This document shows positions 50,974-64,000 of a DNA stretch of 64,000 nucleotides, one piece after another. Made by a program: the position numbers and the translations under genes. The stretch's first letter is position 1, and the number at the start of each line of letters is the position of its first letter. A model generated the notes under the pieces. The model searched no databases. It saw only the letters and a list, made by a program, of their open reading frames with translations, and was not told the DNA's origin. The stretch lies in the NCBI GenBank assembly GCA_009103225.1, contig RHPI01000818.1, forward strand, positions 124,001 through 188,000, read 5' to 3'. Source of the DNA: Chlorokybus atmophyticus (Eukaryota > Plantae > Mesostigma and Chlorokybus algae).

Positions 50974-52107
50974 CATGCGCACACACTCCCTCCCCTCTTA
51001 CAGGTCCGCCCCGTGCCCCAGCAGCATCTCCGCCACCCCCCCCTGCCCGCTCGCCACCGCGAACGCAAGGGGGCTCTCCCCGTAGTAGCAGTCCCCCTCC
51101 GGCTGGAAGAAGGACCCCGTCGCGCGGACGGACAGGTCGGCGCCGGAGGAGAGGAGGAAGCGGACGAGGGAGAGGTCGCGCTTGATGATGGACATGTGGA
51201 GGGGGGTCTCGCCTCTGGGAGGGGTGGGCGGGGGGGTGGGGGGGGTTAGTGTTAGAACAAACATGCGTACATGCACGCACGCGCATGCGAGCGCGCGTTC
51301 GTGTCCAACGTGCACGCACGCACGCGCATGGGCACAGTACCTGAATATGTCGCTCTCGTACACGGCGTTCACCAGCGGCTCCCCGCACCGCGAGAACATG
51401 TACTTGGCCAGCGCTATGTGCGCCGGCGTGTGGAACAGTATGCACAGGTGCGCTGCCGTCTCGCCATTGAAACCTGAACAATAATTCGTTGTGTGCAATC
51501 ATACAAGCTGATGCGTTGGGTTGTGCCTGCGCGCGTGCGTGCGCGAGTGTGTATGTCCCACGTCTTGCATGTGCATGCCATATTGACATTGTAAATTGAA
51601 GTATAGCCCATGTGCCAATTGCAGACCATGTTGTTCTTCAGCTACGCTGACACACCTCTTTGCGCCAACGGGTCGGCCCCGCCGTCCAACAACGCACGCG
51701 CAGCGACGAAGTCCGCCCTCTTGCTCGCAGCCAACAACGGCATCTATCAAGCAACGGAGGTCATGTACATTACTACGAAGCACGCACCAACTGCACTCCG
51801 TGCGTGTACACACACTCCCCCACCCCACCTCATCGATGATCCTCATCTGCCCCTGCAAGTTATCATCCTCCTCGTCCTCGACGTCATCCTCCGTGATGTC
51901 CGACACGATCCTCTCGATGTCGCTCGTCCACCGTCCCACCACGTCCGCGCGACGGCTTGACCAAGACGTCGGCAGGCAGCACGTGAGCAGGCGGAGGAGG
52001 AGGGAGATGAGGCAGGCGAGGCGGGAGAGGGAGGCGTGCGTGAGGGACTTGGGGGTGGCGGTGGTCGTGGATGTGGGAAGGGGTTTGGAGGACGACATGG
52101 TGGACAT
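47469..52107 (-). CDS. ankyrin-repeat transient receptor potential cation channel, TRPV-like, multi-exon
   Basis: Ankyrin repeats GETAAHL, GETPLHMSII, RATGSFF..CYYGESPLAFA, QDTQGNTALHM, KNKEGLTAFALAAKLG; ILWRFG linker; LLIKWRSFARR pre-S1; S4-S5 LGWLHLLYYAAGW..LVAMLIDMLFHDVFRF; pore SALSMYRIILGDFD; S6/TRP helix LLLNLLIAMMSQTFSNVNENMEKTWRSQWARFIL. Stop at 47469; 5' end tentative. Confidence 0.93.
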
Positions 52108-53171
52108 GGTGGGGAGGGGGAGGCGAAAGGAGGCCTGTGGGGATGTTGACAGGAGGTTTGGCTGGAGACATTGGGTGGGTGTGGGCGTATGTATGGTAGG
52201 CAAGTGTGCACGTATGTGCGCGTGTGTATGAGTGTGTACATGTATATACGTGTGTCTGTGGGGTGCGTGTCTGCGCGCACTCACACACGCATTCGCACAC
52301 AATCTTTATCTCTAAGGTTATGCTCAACATGATTACACCTCACGTATGTAGACCTGATCATGGGTGCGTGCCGTTTGCATCATGATGTGAAGTACACATA
52401 CATACGTACGTACGTTGTGTGCATGTGCGTGTCACCGCTCTTGAATCCCACTTCTCCGTCGCAAGCTTAATGAAGATGAACCTCCACTTCGCGAAGCAGG
52501 AACAGAAAAGCTACGCTCTGGCAGTCTCGTCATCGTCGATGCTCGCTGATCTGCTCCGACTTAGCTTTTGAGTGCTGCGCAAAATCCTGCACAACAGAAG
52601 TGACGCGCATACTCAAACACGAAGGATCAATGTGCCAAGCTTGGAAGTCTAGGCTAACTCACAGTTCGAAAAGAATACCGCACTGATCATATCAATTGCC
52701 CTGATCTGTTACAACCTTCAACCCAATCCTCCTCACTTGTTGTCAAGCGTCTGTATAGCGCTCTGTTGTTGTACTGAGACTTGCTCCAGCTTTTAATCCA
52801 CTCTCCGCCGACGCCAACGCCAACGCCAACGCCAACGCCAATGCCGACGACGGCGCCAGCGACAAGCGCAACGGCGTCACGTGATCCAAACGGCTCGGGC
52901 GGATATCGGCCATACGCCATGCGCCAGGCTGCAAGCGATATCTGAGATACACCGCTATTTCTGCAACTGCCGAGCAGCGCGCGCGAGATTGGCGATATAT
53001 GGAGCCAATGTGTGGATACATCGGGGCAAACAGTGTGGATTTCGACGGCGACTAGGGTTCAGCGGAGGCGGAGGCGGAGGCGGCGGCAGGCGGAGGAGGA
53101 GGCGAGGGAGGAGGAGGACAGGAAGGAAGAGAAGGGAGGAGGAGCGCCCAACTGTTTGCTGGCACGCAAGG

Positions 53172-56100
53172 ATGAGGCCGCATGCGGCTCCTGCTAGCGG
53201 CAATATTGTGGATGAGGTGAGAGTACTACTCACACGGGCTTGTGCAGTAACAAACTCACAGAAAAGAGACACGCACAGCGAGCATCACTTCATCTCATGC
53301 TCCGCATGCTTTGCCTCGTGGCTTACGGCGCAGCAGCTGCAATGAAACTTCCAGGCTGCATACTGCTCGATGCATGCTGCATCGGACATTGACACAACTG
53401 TAGCAGACAATCTCAGTCGATGCTACCATGTTCAACAACACCATTTCCTGCTGTACATTCGACCCAACACTCTGCAGGTGTTGTATTCGGTAGTTGCTGC
53501 CTTGATAACTACCAGTTGTGCATGTGCGTGTGCGTGTATGCGTGTGTGCAACAAACACATGCTTGTACGCATGTGTGTCTTCAGTGAACAAACCCCTCTG
53601 CGTGCGTGCGAGCGTGCACGTTGCGCGCATGCGCGTGTCCGTGCAACGTGCACAACACACACGCGCTTGCATATGTCTATGCCTCTCACTAGCACCATTC
53701 CCTCACTCTCCCCTGCAGGCGAGTCTCAGCACGCGTTTTTCGGTATGGTTCTCGTCCATCCCGCTAACGACGGCGGTGGTGCTGTGCGTCTGCTGCGCGG
53801 TTTACGTGGTCTGCCTCCTCGCGGGCATCGACGACTTCTCGTACGTATGCGTGCAGCCGGTCGCCATGGTACAGAACCTACAAGGTGGGGGGTTACCACG
53901 CATGGCGAGAAGGCACGCATGCACGTGATCACACGCGTGCACACACACACACACGCACGCGCACGGTCACATGTGCATACGCATTGCATCACAACAGACA
54001 CATCGCTGTCTGCTCTTCCAGTGGCTGCATTGTTCACTCTACAGATACCAACCACATCCCAGACAGACGTTCCTACATGCATGGCATACACCCATGCCCA
54101 CGCATTGGTTTGCAACGCATGCGCGTGAGCGCATACCCCCCCCACCCCCACCCCCCCACCACACACACACACTGAACACCCTCTTAACCCTCTCTCCCCC
54201 TCCCCTCCCCTCTCTCCCTCCTCGCAGTCTACCGCTCCCTCCTCTCCCCCTTCTTCCACTCCGGCCTCCTCCACCTCGCCTTCAACATGCTCGCCTTCGT
54301 GCCCATGGGCTCCGCGCTCGAGCGGCAGATGGGGTCGATCGGACTCGCGCACGCGGTGGGGACGGTCGCGACGCTGGGGAGCGGCATACACGCGGTGGTG
54401 GGAGTGGGAGCGGGGTACGCGGGGGTGTGGCCGGGGCTGGCGTACGAGTGCGCGGTCGGATTTTCAGGTATGAGGGGGGAAGCGGTGGGACAGTGGTATC
54501 GGCATGCGTGCGTGCGCGCGTGCGCATGCGCATGCGCGTGGGTTCGTGCGAGTGCGCACGCAGGTGCATGTGTTTATGTGTGTTGTGCGCACGCTTGCGC
54601 ACACTCACGCTCACGCTCACGCTCACACTCTCGCGCACGCACACTCTCTCTCCTTCATGACTTTGTCAGATGCATGCGCACGCACACTGGGATGCTCCCA
54701 AGCCCACGCACACTGGTGTACCTTCACACACACGCTCGCACACACATGCCCCCCCCTCCCTCTCCCCCCCCCCTCAGGCGTCCTCTTCGGCCTGATCGTC
54801 CTCGAGCTCCGTCTCTCCCCCGACTCCCACCGGAGCCTCTTCGGCTTCTTCTCCATCCCTTCCGCCTACTACCCCTGGGCTTTACTCATCCTCTTCCAAC
54901 TACTCATGTCTAGAGTATCGCTCCTCGGCCACCTGTGCGGACTTCTTGTTGGAATGGCGTACAGCAGGAGTTGGCTGAAGTGGGTCACGCCGAGCATGGA
55001 GAGGGTGGGGAGGTGGGAGGAGATGAGGTGGATGGGGAGAGTGGTGGCGCATAAGAGGTTTGTTATGAGTGGGGGAGGGGGAGGGGGAGGAAGGGGGGAG
55101 GGGTTGTTGGGTGGGCAGCAGCGGACGCAGAGAGAGACGGGGGGAAGGCCAGCCGCCCCTGCGCATGCGTGGATAGCAGGTTAGAGAGGACGAGGCTCGT
55201 ATCTGCTCACGTGTGCTTGTTTGATGTGTTGTTGTTGACAGTGTGCCGGTATTCGTATCACACGCACACGCACTCTCTCTGTCAGGCTTGGCGGACAAGG
55301 TGTGGCAGCGTGGTGCAGAGGGCATCAATGGCGTTGGCCAAGCACAAGGAGCAGGAGTACAAGGACAAGGAAGCGGAGCAGGAGGGGTTGTCGGAGGCAG
55401 CAGCAGTGGCGGTGATAACAGCACCTTTGCTGGAAAGGGGAGGACGTTGGGAGGCGGGACGGGAGTGTCGAGGTTGGTGGGGGTGGGCGCGAGCAGCAGC
55501 GGTGCATTGAGTAGTAAAGGGGCCGTGTCGCTCCTGCCACCAGTGAAGGCACATCAGCCGGAGCAGAGCACAGCGAGGTTAGAGTGTGACTCATACGCCA
55601 TGTCTATGCACATTGTATCGAATGAACACATATGCACAGCGCATGCGACACTTGTACACAGGCACACACCAACAGATTCCAACCCTTGCATGCAAGCATC
55701 GGCGTTCGCGAGGTACTGATCGTTTGCACAACCTTGTCCTTGTGTGCGCAGCGTGGAGGCTACGTTAGGGACACATGCATCCGCGAGTGCTTCGCAGGTT
55801 GAATTGCGTTGTACTGTTGCATGCCAGCGTTGTATATGTGATATTTCATCTTCAGGGGGTTTATTGCTTGGCTGTTTGAAGCAGATGACAGCAGAGCTCG
55901 CGGCAGGACTGGAACAGCTTAAAACCATGGGGTTTGATCCGGTGAGAAAGCACTTGTTTTGTTTGACAAAGTGTATCTTGCAACAAACTCAACCACTATT
56001 GGCCGTGTGCACGCACACATTCACATGCATGCAGAGTTTGATGTCGCACTTTTGCAAGCATGGTGACCAACTTGCTTTAGTGCATAACGTATTTGGGTTT

Positions 56101-56373
56101 TGGTGGTTTATAAACCTATGCACACACAGTCACAGATGTATTCGTATTGTGCTACCATGAACCGCACATTGTTTGGTTCATGTCTATAGAAGCTTTGCGA
56201 ATCTCATCAAGTGGCACGTCAATCATGCCACAACCAACTGATGTTGCTCATCTTCCTGACAGGTGCGAGCGCGGGGGGCGCTGATAGCTGCACAGGGCGA
56301 TCTAGGCGCTGCTGTGGACATTTTGAGCGGCAGCAATGTCACCACCACAAGTAGCAGCAGTAACATTAGATAG
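53172..56373 (+). CDS. RBL15: rhomboid-like intramembrane serine protease with C-terminal UBA domain (plant RBL15-like)
   Basis: MRPHAAPASGNIVDE|..WFSSIPLTTAVVLCVC..HLAFNMLAFVPMGSALERQMGS..YECAVGFSG (catalytic Ser)..YPWALLILFQLL..VSLLGHLCG (catalytic His)..AGKGRTLG..LEQLKTMGFDP|VRARGALIAAQGDLGAAVDIL (UBA). Stop at 56373. Confidence 0.92.
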
Positions 56374-56510
56374 TTGTACATTCAACCACTGTGTAGTTTG
56401 CATACTGTACAGTTGTACGACACACGAAGCGTCCTTTTGCGCGCCAAAGAGTGCGGGATTGCCTGCGCGCATGTGAGAGAGCGGGTGCGTGGGTTGCAAT
56501 ATCACGGCTC

Positions 56511-58154
56511 CTACTTTGTGGGTCTGAACCTGTGTTGTATGTTGTACACCCCAACAGAAGCCTTCCCCTTCTCGTCGTAGTCGACGAACTCGCCGTCGGA
56601 GAGGTCCACGTCGTCGAAGCGCGTGGCCGATGCGGCGGATTCGGCCGTGTAGCCGTCGCGCGGGTGCCATGTCACGGGCTCGACGCCGCGACACTCGAGC
56701 AGAAGGAAGGGGGCGTACTCGCCCGACTCGCTGTCATCTGCACATCAGAGAGAGAGTGTGTGCGCACGCGTGTGTCTATGCATGGGTGTGGGAGTGTCTG
56801 TGCATGCGGCTCTCCCTCCCTCTCTCCCTCTCCCTCTCCCTCTCTCCCACTCTCCCTCTCTCCTTGCGCGCACGAGTGTCAACATCTGCTTTTCTTGCGT
56901 CGATGTTGACAGAGCAATCTTGACCACTTGGTCACTCGTGGCGCATGCAGCAAATACACTGACTGATCCTTGAATGTCCACAAGAAACACTAGCAGAAGA
57001 GTTTTGATACAGCAAGTACAATTACGGCTGTACACAAAGCCTCCATGCAGTTGCATGCGGACATTTGGGATTGCAAGTGGTGCAAGTACTTGGGCAATGG
57101 TTGGAGTCATGGTATTACCAGCGCTGTGTGTGTGTAATGTTGGTTGCGTCAGTTACATGCGCACGCACTTGTGCGCGCATGTGTGTGTATATGCATGCGT
57201 GCGTGTGAACGTGAGTACACGCGTGTGTTTGTTGCGTGAGCGTGCGTGTGTGCATGTACCTGCGGTGACGGCTCGTGTCTTTCCCTTCTCCTCGACGAAG
57301 TTGATTGTGCCGAATCGGCCGCAGAACTTGCACTTCTGCACGAGGTTGGCCTCCCCGCGGCTGTTAGGGATATCGTACGTCTCGCCCTGCACCATGTGAG
57401 ACTCCTTGTCGCTGCGCTCCTGACAGCTTCCGCATTTTATCTGCATAGCACATATACCACTATTTACAGGCTTTATTGAACTGCCAGCTTCACTACACTG
57501 CTGCGTTTCATCTCCCGGCCAGCCCACGCAATCACACTTGCAATTCTTGGGTCAGGGACTTCTACTTCAATGCCTCTCTTCATTGAGATTGCAACTCGAT
57601 ATATATTGCATGTGTGTGGGCAGACAAATGGGCAGAAACAAGGCTAGCTGATACCGCATTATAATGTTGTTGCGTTGCTTCGATGTGATGTGTTCGACAA
57701 CAAACGGTGACGTTCTCGGCACCGTCTGACTGTTATAAACGAATAAAAGGCTAGCTGTACACCCTGAAGACATGCTGAACCCTGTCTACAATGGGCGGAT
57801 CTCGTAGTGAAGGCCTATGCATGTGGCAGACAGATCATGCATGCACGCATGCCTGCAAGGGAGGTATGTTGAACTATCTTGCAACAAGTGCAATGTGGCT
57901 TGTATGCATATGCAAGGTGCCAAAGCGTATAAGACCGCACTTCGATACTGTTAACCGTGTTGGCCACTGCTTGCGCCCCTCAGCCTAAAGAGAGCAATCC
58001 AACACAAGCATGTTGAAAAGCAGCGCCGTAACTCTGTCAAGCCCCTGGAGTCCAACGCAAGAACCCTTACCGAGAAGACCCAGGGCGTATCGGGCTTGGG
58101 TTTGAGGCTGGCGAGGTTTTCCAGCTCGCACTTCACCTCCAGCAGCAGAAGCAT
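56511..58154 (-). CDS. CZIB: DUF866 / CXXC-motif zinc-binding protein (C1orf123-like), 3 exons
   Basis: MLLLLEVKCELENL..| IKCGSCQE..IPNSRGEANLVQKCKFCGR |..LLLECRGVEPVTWHPRDGY..FDDVDLSDGEFVDYDEK..SVGVY; two CxxC motifs. Stop at 56511. Confidence 0.92.
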
Positions 58155-58399
58155 CACAACAACAACAACAACACCACCGCCGCCGCCACCACCGTGGACA
58201 AAACGGAAAGCAGTGTCAGGTTTAATGCCGAATTAACGCCGATGTCCGCTCGGACTCGTCTCGATATCTACATGACACAACAGATGAGAACTAAAGTGCA
58301 ATATCGCATTCAAAAAGACATAGTCGGAACTTGGGTGATATCGCGCCCTACCAGCCTTATCCAGCCACTCAGGCGTGCTGCCACGTGGCAGACGACACG

Positions 58400-61300
58400 A
58401 TGGCGGCGGCGGCGGCGACGGCGACGGCAACTGCGTCGGTGTCGGCGGTGTCGGTGTCATCATCGGTAACGAGGAGCTTGGAGAAATCGGCGTTACTGCG
58501 TGGCGGTAGGTCGCACAGGGCATCGCTGCGCCGCCCTGCGCTCCCTGCTGCCTTCCGTGGCAGGAACGGCGGCGGCATTGCCAGCGACCGGGCTGCAGGC
58601 GTCAGCAGCAGAGACCATTTCAGCACTCGTTGTGTGTTGGAAGCTGCAAAACCTCAGGTGATCTTGGGGTATCTAGCATGCAGTTTGCTTCCACTCTTGC
58701 TGAGTGGGTCGATCAAGCTTGGCAGCATTACAACATGCACGTTGGACTCAGCATGCACGAGCTGAAATAGGACAGCGCGCTGAACTTGGCTGATATTTTA
58801 GCCCATGCATATCCCCTATTCCACTGCTCAGTTTAGAAGCCGACATCAACAAACATACCTGTGACCGCAGTTATCTCACCATCACCCACATGTTGAACTC
58901 CTCACCTCAAGCCTTGCATGTTGTGTGTGCTTGTAGGTTGCAAGCACGTCCTCTTCTGTTGGAACAGCAGATGAGAATGAGCTGTACGACGCGATTATCA
59001 TCGGCAGCGGCATGGGAGGACTTGTTACAGCGACTCAGCTCGCAGCCAAAGGCGCAAAGGTTGGCAACAGAATTTTGGTTGTGCTAACCAATGAGATAAG
59101 AAGGGTACAAGAAGGGTACAAGAGGAGCAGACATTATATTCATGTTGATCAGGTCAACAAAGCATCCTTATAACTGGTCTCAACGGCAGGTGCTGCTGCT
59201 GGAGAAGTACGTCATTCCAGGCGGCAGTGCCGGGTACTTTGAGCGCGAAGGATACCGATTTGATGTTGGATCGTCCATGATGTTCGGCTTTGGAGACAAG
59301 GTAAGGAGAAGTAAAATTATTCCATCTTTGGAACACCTGTGTGCATCCAGATTTGTACATCCACATGCGCATGCACGCATGTGGATGTACACGAGCGCGC
59401 AAGTGAGTGTTCATCAGTTCACATGAGTATACAACAGCAACTATGCTAGCCAACTCTCTCCTGCACAGGGCACCACCAACTTGCTGACGCGGGCGCTCGA
59501 CGCGGTGGGTGCGAGGCTGGAGACGGTCCCGGACCCGACCCAGATCCACTATCACCTGCCCAAGGATCTGTCGGTGCGCGTCCACCGGGACTACGAGCAG
59601 TTCATCGCGGAGCTCACTGAACGCTTCCCGCATGAGAAAGCGGGCATACGCAAGTTCTATGACGAGTGCTGGAAGGTGGCATGCCAGTTGTTGCTGTTCA
59701 GGATGGGTTGTGCTCGTTGCAACACGCAACCACCATGAACAGCATGATGGTTGCGTGTTGCAAGTGCATACTGTGCACTTGAAATAGGAACTGTTCTGCA
59801 CTCACCTGTACGTTGGTAGTTGCAAAGCAGCAGCTCTTACTAGTTTTGCTTTATGGTAAATTGTGGTTCCCTCTTACAGGTGTTCAACTCTTTGAACTCG
59901 CTTGAGCTGAAGTCGTTGGAAGAGCCGCGCTACTTGCTGCAGCAGTTTGTGCGACAACCACTATCATGCCTCACCCTCGGTGAGTGTAATGTAGTGTTGT
60001 GGCTCAGGTGTGGTGCTTCCTACTCTTGCAAACACAAATTTGGATTAAACATTGCACTTGCTGTATGACTGAACCCGTGTCCCCGCGCACAGCCTACTTT
60101 CTGCCGGTGAATGCCGGTGATGTGGCGCGCAAGTACATCAAGGATGAGGACTTGCTGTCCTTTATTGACATGGAGGTGAGAGAAACCAGAAGCTCGCCGT
60201 GCATGAGCAACCATGTGCCGACCAAGTATACTGATATGACATGGTATTTGTGTTTCAAAGTGCTTCTGCTGGAGTACTGTGAAAGCAGCCATGACGCCCA
60301 TGATTAATGCCGGCATGGTGAGTCGATGTCTCAAATGCAGCGCACGTTGGTCTGGTGTTGTTTACATTTGTATTAACAAACATGTGCAATTATGCCAGAA
60401 GGCTGACTTGGCAGATTGACTCCACAGGTGTTCTGCGACCGACACTACGGCGGCATCAATTACCCTGTGGGTGGCGTTGGCAAGATTGCAGGTCAGTGGC
60501 ACTAAGTAGCCGGTTGCAGTATCACTCATTGGACACAGCAATGCATCTGATGGGTTTTATGCTGCGCTTTCTCTTTTCTGCAGAAACCATGGCAGAGGGC
60601 CTCACAGGGCTCGGCAGCAAGATCTTGTACAGGGCGAATGTGAAGCGGATCCTGCTGGAGAATAACGCTGCTGTGCGTGACCGTATACCACTCTTGTGCA
60701 CTTGTGCGCATGCGCGTGCTCGTGCGTTTGTTGCTTGATGGCTCATGCAGTCAAGTTGGTACGTCTCAACTTGCGTCGGTGATACTTAAGGTAGTTTGCT
60801 GTTTGACACAAGTGCAGAGGGGTGTGGAGCTCAGCGATGGTCGGCACTTCCGCGCGAAGACCATCGTGTCGAACGCAACGAGATGGGACACATTCGGTGC
60901 GCTGCTTTTGTTGTGCGAAAGTTGGTTGGCTTTGTTGGTCGCTGTAGGCATGAACACGCGCCAGCAGAGCTACATTCACAGTTTTTAGCTGCTCTCTTGT
61001 AAACAGGCTATGAACACGATGTCAATGGGTTGATTGTGTATTCTGATTGGTGTTGCCCATGTGTGTGCAGAAAAGCTCCTGCAAGAAGATACGATGCCGG
61101 AGGAGGAGCGCGAGTTCCAGTCGAGGTATAAGAAGTCCCCGTCTTTCCTGTCGGTACACATGGGCATCAAGGCGGACGTCCTCCACCCCGACACCGACTG
61201 CCACCACATCATCCTCGAGGTGCCAACCGTGTGCAATTGTGCATAGCTTGTCGCACAATGTTTACATTAGATACATCAAACTTCTCCCAGAGCTGAGTGC

Positions 61301-62442
61301 TGTTGCGTTGTGATCATGAGCAGGATTGGGCCAGATTGGAGGATGCCTACGGCACGCTGTTCGTGAGCATACCCACGCTGCTCGACCCGTCACTGGCACC
61401 AGCGGGACAGCACGTATTTCATGCTTTCACTCCAGCTTGGATTGATGACTTTGCGGTATGTACCTGTTCGCTGTTGCCACAGGTGTTGTTAACAATTTTC
61501 CTTGTTTCGTTTTCAAAGAGTACTTTGTCGTGTAGGGCCTGGGCGTTGCAGAGTACAATGAGAAGAAGGAGAGGATAGCGGATCAGATTATTGCACGCCT
61601 AGAGGCTGCATGCTTCCCCGGCCTTGCTGCTGCCACAGTCTATAGGGAGGTAATGTGGTGATACACCGGCTATGTTATTGCCGGTGGTTGGTACGCTTTG
61701 TGTAATGGCAGTTATAATGTTGTGCTGCAGGTTGGTACTCCACGCACGCACCGACGGTTTCTTGCACGCGATGACGGCACGTACGGTCCCATTCCATCAA
61801 GAAGGCCGCTCGGTCTATTAGGCATGCCATTCAACACAACGGTGCGGCTCACGGCTTTTGGCATGCGTGTGTGGTGCGTGTAGTCGTTTGTGACTAAGCA
61901 TTTGATATGACTTGTTTGTGCAGTCTGTACCTGGCTTGTACTGCGTTGGCGACAGCTGTTTCCCTGGCCAAGGCGTCAACGCGGTGGCCTTCTCTGGCAT
62001 GGCCTGCGCGCACCGCATCGCTGCCGATCTAGGTACACACACCACAATGATGTGGTCGTCGCGTCCATCTGCATTATGTGGCTGAGACCATGCTGTTGTG
62101 CCAATGTACGCATCTTTGATTGCGTGGCATAATGTGTTGAACTGCTGTCGTCCTGTGTTGTTCTTGTTGGACAGTGCATGCAGGCAAAGCAAAGGTTTGC
62201 CATGCAGGTTGTTGTATACAAGTCAGTGCATGCTAGAGTTGGTGTATAGGTCTGTAGCCGTTTTAGGTCAGTGGTAGTAGCGTGCAGGTGGTCTCAGCAC
62301 GTGCGCACGCGCGCATGCACGCACGCGCGTGTTAATGGCATGACCTCACCATGTTGGCTTGGTTGCAGGCATGGAGAAGCGAATACCCGGGCTGGATGAG
62401 GCGTTCAATGCTTTGTTGCGGACCGTCAGGAGTAAAGTATAG
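58400..62442 (+). CDS. CRTISO: carotenoid (prolycopene) isomerase, plastid-targeted, multi-exon
   Basis: Transit peptide; [20 protein letters not shown]; [31 protein letters not shown]; [11 protein letters not shown]; [19 protein letters not shown]; [11 protein letters not shown]; [13 protein letters not shown]; [22 protein letters not shown]; [22 protein letters not shown]. Stop at 62442. Confidence 0.97.
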
Positions 62443-62496
62443 GACGGTCCTAGTAGGACCGCTTTTGCAATTTTGGCTACGCACTATGAAGTAGTA

Positions 62497-62501
62497 TGTA
62501 A
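62497..62501 (+). promoter_or_regulatory. candidate TGTAA polyadenylation signal of CRTISO
   Basis: tgtaa about 55 nt after the stop. Confidence 0.45.
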
Positions 62502-63909
62502 TGTAGGTTTGAACACAGCCACCACACATATGTTTGCTGTATGCGCGTTCTGCTATGCACAGCGCATATAGCAAGCTCTTGCCCTCTTTACGCATGTTGG
62601 TTACCCTGTATCACCTTTTTCTTACATTGTTCCATTGAGTTGTCGGAGATCCATCTTATGCAAAGATGCACAAGCACGAGTAACAAGTTACAAACCCACC
62701 GTGGACCCCAGTAAGCGCCGGCCTGCATGTGGTCAACATTATAATGAGCTGAGCAGTGACCCCACATACACAATGACATGTAACTATGTGGACAGGTATC
62801 ATGCCTTGCATGCAAGGGAGGTAATTATTCACAGGGGGTATTGGTCATGAGCATCCGCATGGTAGCTTTTGCCTACGTTGTCATAGTTGTTTGATTAGAC
62901 AACGGCCGACATTTTAGCGTAACTAAATATATATACAATAGTCACATTGACAAGTTGGTCATTGATAACTAGAGCAAGCTTTGTGCGGATCCACAATCTT
63001 AAAAAGAGTAATACGAGTAATCAGTAATTATGTTTGCACATCATTATAATCAAGCCTAATGTATATCATGTTTACTGCATAGAAATCTTGTTCAAGCGAT
63101 ACGTTATGATAAACAAATCACGCGTGTGCACTCTCTTTAATGCACATTCTCGTGACACGCATCTCCCACAAAAGCAATAAGCACTTTCCATAAAATAGCA
63201 GCAAAGCTTCCACGTATACTACAAAAACAAATCAACAGCTTTGTAAGATGAGTACATATACTTATACTTGACAATTACAATTGACATATATAACGCTACA
63301 ACGTTTACAACGTCATATATATGATAACGTGATTACTAACCCCGTTGTGATAAGGTTGCCAAAATCTTACTTCCATGAGCATATTCGCACGAGACAGCCT
63401 TAAAACGAGCACGTATGTTTGCAAGTGAAAGGAATGGAGAAAGGAGAGCTATTTCCATAACGTGGGAGAGCATGATCAATCAGTGGTAAAATAGCTACCA
63501 GGTCACGGCCTACCATTGGTGCTACCATTTTGGTAGGCTACCAAGCTTATCATGAACCTTGCGCTTACAAGTTGTGACTTGTGCGCTACACCCCTATCAT
63601 GAGAAACATAGGTCCCAACTCCGGACCTTTGTTCTGTTGGGTTGCTGGGGTTCTGACCCAGGATCTCGAAGATTCAAGGGCGCGTATCCGGGAGGCGCGC
63701 GCCACGTGGACAGACGCAACTGACAGTCGCGAGTAACGCGTCCGATGCCAACCGTCGCCGTCGAATAAGCAAACCGCACGTTGCAATTTGTCACATTTCA
63801 TGCGATACACAGCGTGTCTGAAAGGTATCTGGCACTACTGTGTATATCCTATTACTGCGTTCACCCTGTTGGTGGATTTTTGTCCAGCATACAGGCGGCG
63901 GCGGCGGTG

Positions 63910-64000
63910 ATGGCGTACGGCGGGGATGCTGTGGCGGCGGTGCTCGTGCGCTTGGAGTCGGTGGAGGTGTTCCGATTGGCGTCAGCGGACGCTCCCAGCA
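63910..64000 (+). CDS. probable N-terminus of a gene running off the window (MAYGGDAVAAVLVRLESVEVFRLASADAPS..)
   Basis: ATG after an AT-rich spacer and GC-rich leader; open to the window edge. Too short to identify. Confidence 0.5.
   Translation, partial: MAYGGDAVAAVLVRLESVEVFRLASADAPS

Noticed and set aside
63640-63720. tRNA-like segment on - (..cccttgaatcttcgagatcctgggtcagaaccccagc)
   Set aside because: The T-loop lacks the TTCRA consensus and I could not build an acceptor stem or D-arm; tRNAscan-SE would settle it.

Overview
Eukaryotic draft-assembly window (four N gaps) from an intron-rich green alga, inferred from plastid-pathway genes with land-plant-like orthologues, GT-AG introns, TGTAA motifs just after several stop codons, and (CA/TG)n-rich introns. 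No prokaryotic features were found. All gene models were spliced by eye and family calls rest on recalled motifs, not database searches. Left to right: ABC1/UbiB atypical kinase (-), plastid folate-biopterin transporter (+), an RRM-LOTUS(OST-HTH)-IDR-PB1 protein (+), CruP-type lycopene-cyclase-family FAD protein (-), a plastid-targeted hypothetical (-), organellar TypA/BipA GTPase (+). A gene-poor, repeat-rich stretch (27.5-44 kb) follows, holding an orphan two-exon gene, a frameshifted sterol-glucosyltransferase (UGT80-like) relic, a 576-bp pure (TG)n tract and a decayed pogo/Tigger transposon. Then come a five-exon hypothetical (+), an ankyrin-repeat TRPV-like channel (-), a rhomboid-UBA protease (+), a DUF866/CZIB zinc protein (-), carotenoid isomerase CRTISO (+) and the start of another gene at the right edge. 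The most notable items are the RRM-LOTUS-PB1 architecture (candidate polymerising RNA-granule scaffold) and a TRPV-type channel with a polycystin-2-like pore filter.
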